A DNA stretch of 64,000 nt, taken from NCBI GenBank assembly GCA_951406725.2, contig OX597826.1, forward strand, positions 62,744,001 to 62,808,000. Reading direction: 5' to 3'. The notes beneath the pieces were generated by a model, which saw only the letters and a program-made list of their open reading frames with translations, did no database searches and had not been told where the DNA came from. Both the position numbers and the translations under genes were made by a program. This DNA is from Octopus vulgaris. Taxonomy: Eukaryota. Below, piece after piece: positions 56,798 to 64,000 of this stretch (position 1 is the first letter of the stretch; each line of letters opens with the position of its first letter).

Positions 56798-57253
56798 GGA
56801 AGAAGAAGAAGTGGAAGAAGAAGAAGAAGTGGAAGAAGAAGAAGAAGAAGAAGAAGAAGTGGAAGAAGAAGAATGAAAAAGAAGAAGAAGAAGGAAGAGG
56901 AGGATGGGGAGGAGGAGAAGAAGAATAAGAAGAAAGAGGAAGAGAAGGAGGGGGAGGGGAGGAGAAGGAGAAGAACAAGAACAAGAAGTGCAAGAATGAG
57001 GAGAGGAGAAGAAGAAGAAGAAGAAGAACAACAACAACAACAAGAACAAGAAGGAGAACAAGAACAAGAAAGAGGAGGAGAACAAGAAGAACAAGAAAAG
57101 GAGAAGAAGAAAAAGAAGAAGAAGAAGAAGAAGAAGAAGAAGAAGAAGAAGAAGGAAGAAGAGGAGAATGGGGGAGGAGAAGGAGAAGAAGAAGAAGAAG
57201 AAGAAGAAGAAGAAGAAGAAGAAGAAGAAGAAGAAGAAGGAGAAGAAGAAGAA
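56385..57253. repeat. Trinucleotide array dominated by (GAA)n/(GGA)n/(GAT)n
   Basis: Direct reading; ~500 bp of purine-dominated strand. Confidence 0.95.
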
Positions 57254-57678
57254 TTTCTGCATCGACTTCCTCCTACACGGGCACATGACTACAAATGTGG
57301 TTTGGGGGTGGGATGAGGATGAATGAGGATCATCTCAGCTTCTGCACTTAAATGGCAATCCAAGTTATAAAAACCCTTGACGGTTTATATGCAAAGTTAA
57401 GATCGGCTGGTCGTGAACTAAAAACCTGAAAGTCTCAGTAATCATTATTTATAAGACATTAACGATACTATCAATCGACCAATCCCTGATTCTTAAGTCG
57501 ATTTATAACTTCACACACGAATTTATGAGTGGAAGAGTCCAATCGAATTAACTGCTACTCATGATATCGACCCACGGTGTGACACAAAAAACAGATCCAG
57601 AGAAGTGCTGAAGCTAGAATGTATCCATTGCGCGACAAATTGTTGGGCTCTCGCGAATTTGGTCAGTCGCTACAACAA

Positions 57679-57705
57679 ATCGTCGTCGTGATCGTCGTCG
57701 TCGTC

Positions 57706-57745
<40 letters not shown>

Positions 57746-57934
57746 CAGTAGTTGTAGTTGTAGTAGTAGTAGTAGTAGTAGTAGTAATGGTGGTGGTGAT
57801 GTTGGTACTGGTGGTAGTGGTGGTAGCGGCATTAGTAGTGTTGTTGTTAGTAGTAGTAGAATTAGTAGAAGTAGTAGTAGTAGATGATGTAATAGCAATG
57901 GTAGTGGTGGCATTAGTAATGTTGTTGTTGTTGT

Positions 57935-57988
<54 letters not shown>

Positions 57989-58003
57989 CAGTAGTAGTGG
58001 TGT

Positions 58004-58041
<38 letters not shown>

Positions 58042-58088
58042 ATAGTAGTAGCAGCAGTAGTAGTGGTGGTCGTCGTCGTCATCGTAGT

Positions 58089-58167
<79 letters not shown>

Positions 58168-58280
58168 TGGTGGTGGTGATGGTTCTGTTGTTGGCGGTGG
58201 TGCTGCTGCTTCTATTGATGATGATGAGGATGAGGAGGAGGATGAGGAGGAAGAGGAGGATGAGGATTGCAGTGGTGGTG
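57679..58280. repeat. (AGT)n compound array
   Basis: Direct reading. Confidence 0.95.
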
Positions 58281-58496
58281 GGTAACTTACCTTTCTTAAT
58301 AGATTGTTATCGGTTAAATTAGCAGGTGATCAAGGCTCCCTGTTACACCTATATGAAAATCCGATTGTGTATACGCATTTGTTTCCGAGTGTTTTAATGT
58401 GTGTGCACATATGCTTTTGCTTCTGTGTGTGCGTATGTGTGTCTGTCTGTGTGTCTGTGTTTGTGTGTATTTGCTTGTACATACGTGTCTCATATA

Positions 58497-58610
58497 GAGT
58501 ATGAGATATTGTGGAACCGTCATTTTGGCGCCGCTATTTGACAGTACTGATTCGACGCTGACTTATTTGACATGTCATGTTACAACGTTTCTCTCCCCTA
58601 AATATTTCTT

Positions 58611-58659
<49 letters not shown>

Positions 58660-59142
58660 CTCTCCGCCAAGCTCTCTTCCCCTCGTTCTTTCTTTCTCTT
58701 TATATGTATATAAGAAAATGGGAATGTCAGTTGTGCTGAAGGCATTATCATTGCACTCACAGTTAAACATGGAAATGAGACATTTGGTTCAGTTATATTG
58801 GTGCTGCCTATTTGGCGTCGCTGATTCGACGCTGACTTATATGACAGTAGACTTTCGATGTTTCTTGCGTCTAAGGTTTCTGCCATTCTCTTTATCTATC
58901 TCTACCTCTCCTTCGCTCTCTCTCTCATTCTCTTTCTCTTACTCGCGTTCTCTCTCCTCTCTCACACCCTCTGTCTGCATGTATATATTTCTGTGCATTT
59001 ATGTGTGTGTGTGTGTGTGCGTGCGTGGGCGTGTATGGTTTGCTTCCTGCGGCAAAGCATATTGTAGCTAAAACAGTTTGAAAAGGCCAGTCAGCCGTAG
59101 CAAATCTCCAGCTTATAACCAACTGCGCCATTCGTTTCATTC
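58497..59142 (+). mobile_element. Two related MITE-like left ends (58497, 58771) and a right end (~59142)
   Basis: Shared ctgattcgacgctgactta and ttggcg motifs; end reverse-complements to gaatgaaacgaatggcgcagtt. Confidence 0.5.
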
Positions 59143-59197
59143 TGGTATCTGTAAATGTCAGTATGCCTAAATGTGTGAATACGTGTGTGTGTGTATA

Positions 59198-59441
59198 TAC
59201 TCTTTTACTTGTTTTGGTCATGTTACTGTGGCCATGCTGGAGCACCGCCTTTAGTCGAGCAAATCGACCCCAAGATTTATTATATCGGTCTCTTTTGCCG
59301 AATCGCTAAGTTACGGGGAGGTAAACACAACAGCATCGGTTGACAAACGATTTGGGGGGTACAAACACAGGCACACAGACATACACACACACACACACAC
59401 GCACACACACACATGCACACATACACACGCACGCACACACG

Positions 59442-59520
<79 letters not shown>

Positions 59521-59690
59521 TATATACGACGGGCTTCTTTCAGTTTCCGTCTACCAAATCCACTCACAAAGCTTTGGTCGGCCCGAAGCTATAGTAGAAG
59601 ACACTTGCCCAACGTGCCACGCAGTGGGACTGAACCTGCAACCATGTGGTTCGTAAGCAAGCTACTTACCACACAGCCACTCCTACGCCT
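59198..59690 (-). mobile_element. SINE family A, full length, with expanded internal microsatellite
   Basis: Colinear with 36189-36605. Confidence 0.9.
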
Positions 59691-60943
59691 ACATATGTAT
59701 GTCCCATTAAAAAAAATCATGTGGTTATTGGAATTAAAAGGTCTCTCAATAGTTTCTTTGATAGGGAAAAGCAATCAGTTTTCCACTCCTTTGTAGCAAT
59801 GCTACGACAATTTCACCTAAGATCCAGGCTTCTCTCTTGCTAATAAAACGCTTGATTTCATTATATTTTATATTATAGTTTTTACTATTTGGTTTATCAA
59901 GCTCATTTTCCATGTAAATTTTCAACGATTTTTGTGTATTCTGACCTTATAATAATATCCGCTTTCTTTTATTTGCCTTGGGACAAACACAAAACGATTG
60001 CCGTTATCATCATCGTCGTCGTCGTCATCGTTGTCGTCGCTCTTGTTAATGTTATTGTCATCATTGTTTTCTTGAAGTTGTTTGTGTTGATGTCTTTATT
60101 GTTGCTGTTTACGAAAAGAGTCTTTTAACAAAGCTGCCAAAATTTCGGAATTTACCACGTTTTCTTAATGGACATTTTTTCTTTTCATTTTCCAGAAAAT
60201 AGCTTCGAAATATTTGAATGCCTAACCAATTATACTCACCTGGTATTAAATAGAAAAGATTCCTTCTTATACATTTTTATCGCAAACACATTTTTTTTTT
60301 TTACTAACATTTATTTATTTTTATTTGGTTTTTGTGGTTCGATACTGACATCTCGGCTGTAGTTTGAGCAATGTTACGCATAAAGGTGGTGGCAACGAAT
60401 ACGCTTGCTACATAAGTGCAATCACTGTTTGACATTCGAAAATAAAATTAAATGGTATCAACAGAACCATCACCAATAACAGCAAATTATCCAGTGCTAG
60501 CTTTGCAAGTCAAAAGGAAATATGAAACACACGCAAGGAATAAAGCCTGGAAGAGATAGGTTACAAAAGACAGTGTCTCCTTGCTTGAGGTGCTTATACA
60601 GAAATGCAAAGAGGTAGTTAACATAACTACGTTCTGTTTTTTTCTCTTTAGGAAATGGGAGAAATTTCCATATGCCAAGAGAAATAGAACCAGAAGCAGT
60701 GCCCGTTAATGTGACATGATGTGTGTCAATTTCATTGTCATGTGTCTTACTGTCCAGCTTTGTGTCAGTTTAAAATCTCCGACCATAAAGCAATTAGATT
60801 AGAGCATAACACCTACATAGATGGCTTCTTGTGTAGGATCAGAACAACAAGCTGCTTGATCTACCTTCAGTTTCTGCAAACGTGAGGACAATCCACGTTT
60901 GGTGTATTGTCTCCTTCACTGTGCAGTACTGGTAGTAGTTGAC

Positions 60944-61358
60944 CAATTCTACTATATGGCTCAGAAACCTGGACGTTATCAAAGAAACTTGAGAGGCGGT
61001 TGGATGGAACCTACACTCGCCTCCTTATGAGAGCTCAAAATCTCTCGTGGAAGCGTCATCCAACCAAAATGCAAATATATGGGAAACTACCACCTGTGTC
61101 ATCTCTTGTGAAAGGTAGGAGAGTCCAGTTTGCTGGACATTGTTGTAGAGCTGAAAACGAGGCAATTTCTACTCTTCTCCTCTGGAAGCCATCTACTCGC
61201 AATAACAGAGGGCGCACACTCTCCTACCCTGATGTAAACTCCAGGGATACAGGCATCCAGCAACAGGACCTCCGTAATTCTATGATGAACCGTGAAATCT
61301 GGCGTAGCATGGTAAATTCCATTGTCTCGACCACGGTCGAACAATGATGATGATGATG
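60944..61358 (+). mobile_element. 5'-truncated RTE-type LINE with (TGA)n tail and 10 bp TSD
   Basis: Open frame ILLYGSETWTL...FAGHCCR...GRTLSYPD...NREIWR; TSD agtagttgac at 60934-60943 and 61359-61368. Confidence 0.92.
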
Positions 61359-61935
61359 AGTAGTTGACACGCAACGAGCATATGATCGGATGGCACCTGT
61401 ATGAATATCTGTGTTTAAGTAAGCTTCATACCCAAGAACCACAATGCTGTTCGCTGTTGCAGCTCGTTGAGGGAGCAGAGAGATCAATCGGGTTGACTGT
61501 AAAAGATGCAGTTGTTTGATATATAGTAAAACGCCACAAGAAAAGGGCTTCATTCTCAGATCACAAAACGAAAAGAAAACGAAAACAGAAATAACAATAA
61601 CAATAGTTGCAGGTTTTGAAATAAAGATCATGGATCACATTGCCACGGTCTCCAAAGTACCACAAGTCACTTCTAGTGGAAGCACATGAAAATGCCATAA
61701 CATCAGTGCTACAATGACCAATAGACTACAATAAGCAGTCAAGTGGTCACATCTTTCAGCACAGAACTGATCAGAGACGGCAAAAAAGAACAAACAGAGG
61801 GTAGATAATGGTGGGAAAGTGTTGTGGACAGAGAGAAAATAAGTGAAGGAAAAATTAGAAAGAGTAGACAAGACAAGCAAGGGTGAGAAGTTCTCTCAGG
61901 AAAAGGCCTTAAAAATAGAGTGCATGAAACATACC

Positions 61936-62535
61936 TATTTCTTTACTACCCACAAGGGGCTAAACACAGAGAGGACAAACAAGGACAGACAAAGGGATTA
62001 AGTCGATTATATCGACCCCAGTGCGTAACTGGTACATATTTAATCGACCCCAAAACGATGAAAGGCAAAGTCGACCTTGACGGAATTTGAACTCAGAACG
62101 TAGCGGCAGGCGAATACCTATTTCTTTATTACCCACAAGGGGCTAAACATAGGGGGGACAAACAAGGACAGACATAAGTATTAAGTCGATTACATCGACC
62201 CCAGTGCGTAACAGGTACTTAATTTATCGACCCCGAAAGGATGAAAGGCAAAGTCGACCTCGGCGGAATTTGAACTCAGAACGTAATGGCAGGCGAAATA
62301 CCTATTTCTTTATTACCCACAAGGGGCTAAACACAGAGGGGACAAACAAGGACAGACATAGGTGTTAAGTCGATTACATCGACCCCAGTGCGTAACAGGT
62401 ACTTAATTTATCGACCCCGAAAGGATGAAAGGCAAAGTCGACCTCGGTGGAATTTGATCTCAGAACGTAATGGCAGGCGAAATACCGCTAAGCATTTCCC
62501 CCGGCGTGCTAACGATTCTGCCAGCTCGCCGCCTT
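61936..62535 (-). mobile_element. SINE family B with triplicated body inside one TSD
   Basis: ~183 bp units at 61936, 62119 and 62303; single head; TSD tgcatgaaacatacc at 61921-61935 and 62539-62553. Confidence 0.92.
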
Positions 62536-62959
62536 GAATGCATGAAACATACCACGTTTCGGTGGACAACTCAAGACGACGTAATGAAATTCTAATTCTA
62601 ACAAGAAGGAATTACATACAATGCAAGCGGAGATACGAAGCGAATACAGGAGGTCCCTAAGATAATTGATGGTTGATCAATAACACAACTATGAAGTGCT
62701 GAAGGAACAGGTGCCAGATAACGGTACAGCTTTCATGACTTGACTGAGGTCTGAAAACACCGAGGAAAAATATCTGGGCATCCACATGACTTAGAGAAAT
62801 GGAAAGTGAAGGTTCCTCTGATGCTAAAGAAGTAGCCACCTGTGTAAGAGTACTGCTCTTATTTCTATTTTCTATGGGGAGAAAACTGTCGCAAACCTTA
62901 TTTACTGTACACTCCCACATACACACAAAGATACACATATATCGTTTTTTTAAAATCTT

Positions 62960-63300
62960 TTTACTTGTTTCAGTAAATTTGACTGCGGCCATGCTGGGGC
63001 AACGTCTTGGAGAATGCGTTGAATGCACCAACCCCAGTACCTATTTTTTAAAGCCTGGTACTTACTCTATCGCTTGTTTTTGACGTACCGCTAAGTTACA
63101 GGAACATAAACACGCCAACACCAATTGCCCAACGGTGGTGAGGGGACAAGCGCAGACACACAGACACACACATACGCGCATATATACATATATAGGACAA
63201 GATTCTATCATTTTCCATCTACCAAATCCACTCAGAAGGCTGTGATCTTCTACTTTAGCCCGACGCTAGAGTAGAAGACACTTGCCCAAGGTGCCACGCA
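62960..63300 (-). mobile_element. Diverged SINE family A
   Basis: gactgcggccatgctgggg...agtagaagacacttgcccaaggtgccacgca. Confidence 0.85.
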
Positions 63301-63581
63301 TATATATATATATATATATATGTATATGTATGTATACATATATGTGTGAGTGTGTGTGTATGTGTGTGTGTGCTTGTGTGTCTACATGTATGTATATTCA
63401 TTTACGTATTTGTCTGCATGTGTAAAGTTCCCACGCGTTCTCTAGTTCCATTTTTCTTTATAAAATTAATTTGGTAAGTGTAAGGGTCCATATGGCTAAT
63501 AAACATAGTATTAGTATTACTTTTGTCTTCTTCTCTTCTTCCCCCTAATTATTCCTATAATTATTATCATTATTGTTATCA

Positions 63582-63667
<86 letters not shown>

Positions 63668-63973
63668 GAGTGAGAGAGCAGTTCATGCCATCAAAGTGAC
63701 ACTGGGGTAAAATATACGAAGCCCAATATACCCATCATGACTACCCGTCTGATAAGGGTACACCAGGCACATGCATCACAACCATATGTGCGCGACATGG
63801 TGATCTCATATCAAGATAAACACCACATGACCTTGCATGTGGGGCTCAGTTAGAATTTTCTTCAGGTTGAGTAGCCCATCCCGCTCAAAAGGTCCCTGAA
63901 TAAGGGTTGTTTAAGAATGTTGAAAGAACCACCCATGTTTCCAGAGGTAAATTATTCAAACCCCAAATAATCC
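63668..63973. mobile_element. Interspersed repeat fragment inserted in an (ATT)n tract
   Basis: ~300 bp of complex sequence with (ATT)n on both sides; class not determined. Confidence 0.5.
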
Positions 63974-64000
63974 TATTATTATTATTATTACTACTACTAT

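Noticed and set aside
56713-58179. K/E-rich, poly-V and poly-T ORFs
   Set aside because: Trinucleotide repeats open in several frames; not genes.

Overview
AT-rich, microsatellite-saturated eukaryotic non-coding DNA, probably intergenic or intronic. The SINE families resemble octopus (coleoid cephalopod) repeats; this is from recall, not a search. No host protein-coding exon could be supported, and nearly all listed ORFs are translations of stop-free simple repeats. Recognisable content: three tRNA-headed SINE families (more than 20 copies or fragments), RTE-clade LINE relics, a non-autonomous Helitron, a deleted mariner, microsatellite-carrying MITEs and Penelope-like element (PLE) debris. 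The main hidden signal is about 12 type I hammerhead ribozyme (HHR) motifs from at least 5 sequence families. They have palindromic, (near-)loop-less stem III, and several carry atypical cores or enlarged stem II. Many sit in short elements that end at (TA)n tracts, and some form inverted pairs or fold-back palindromes. Coordinates were counted by eye and may be off by a few bases.
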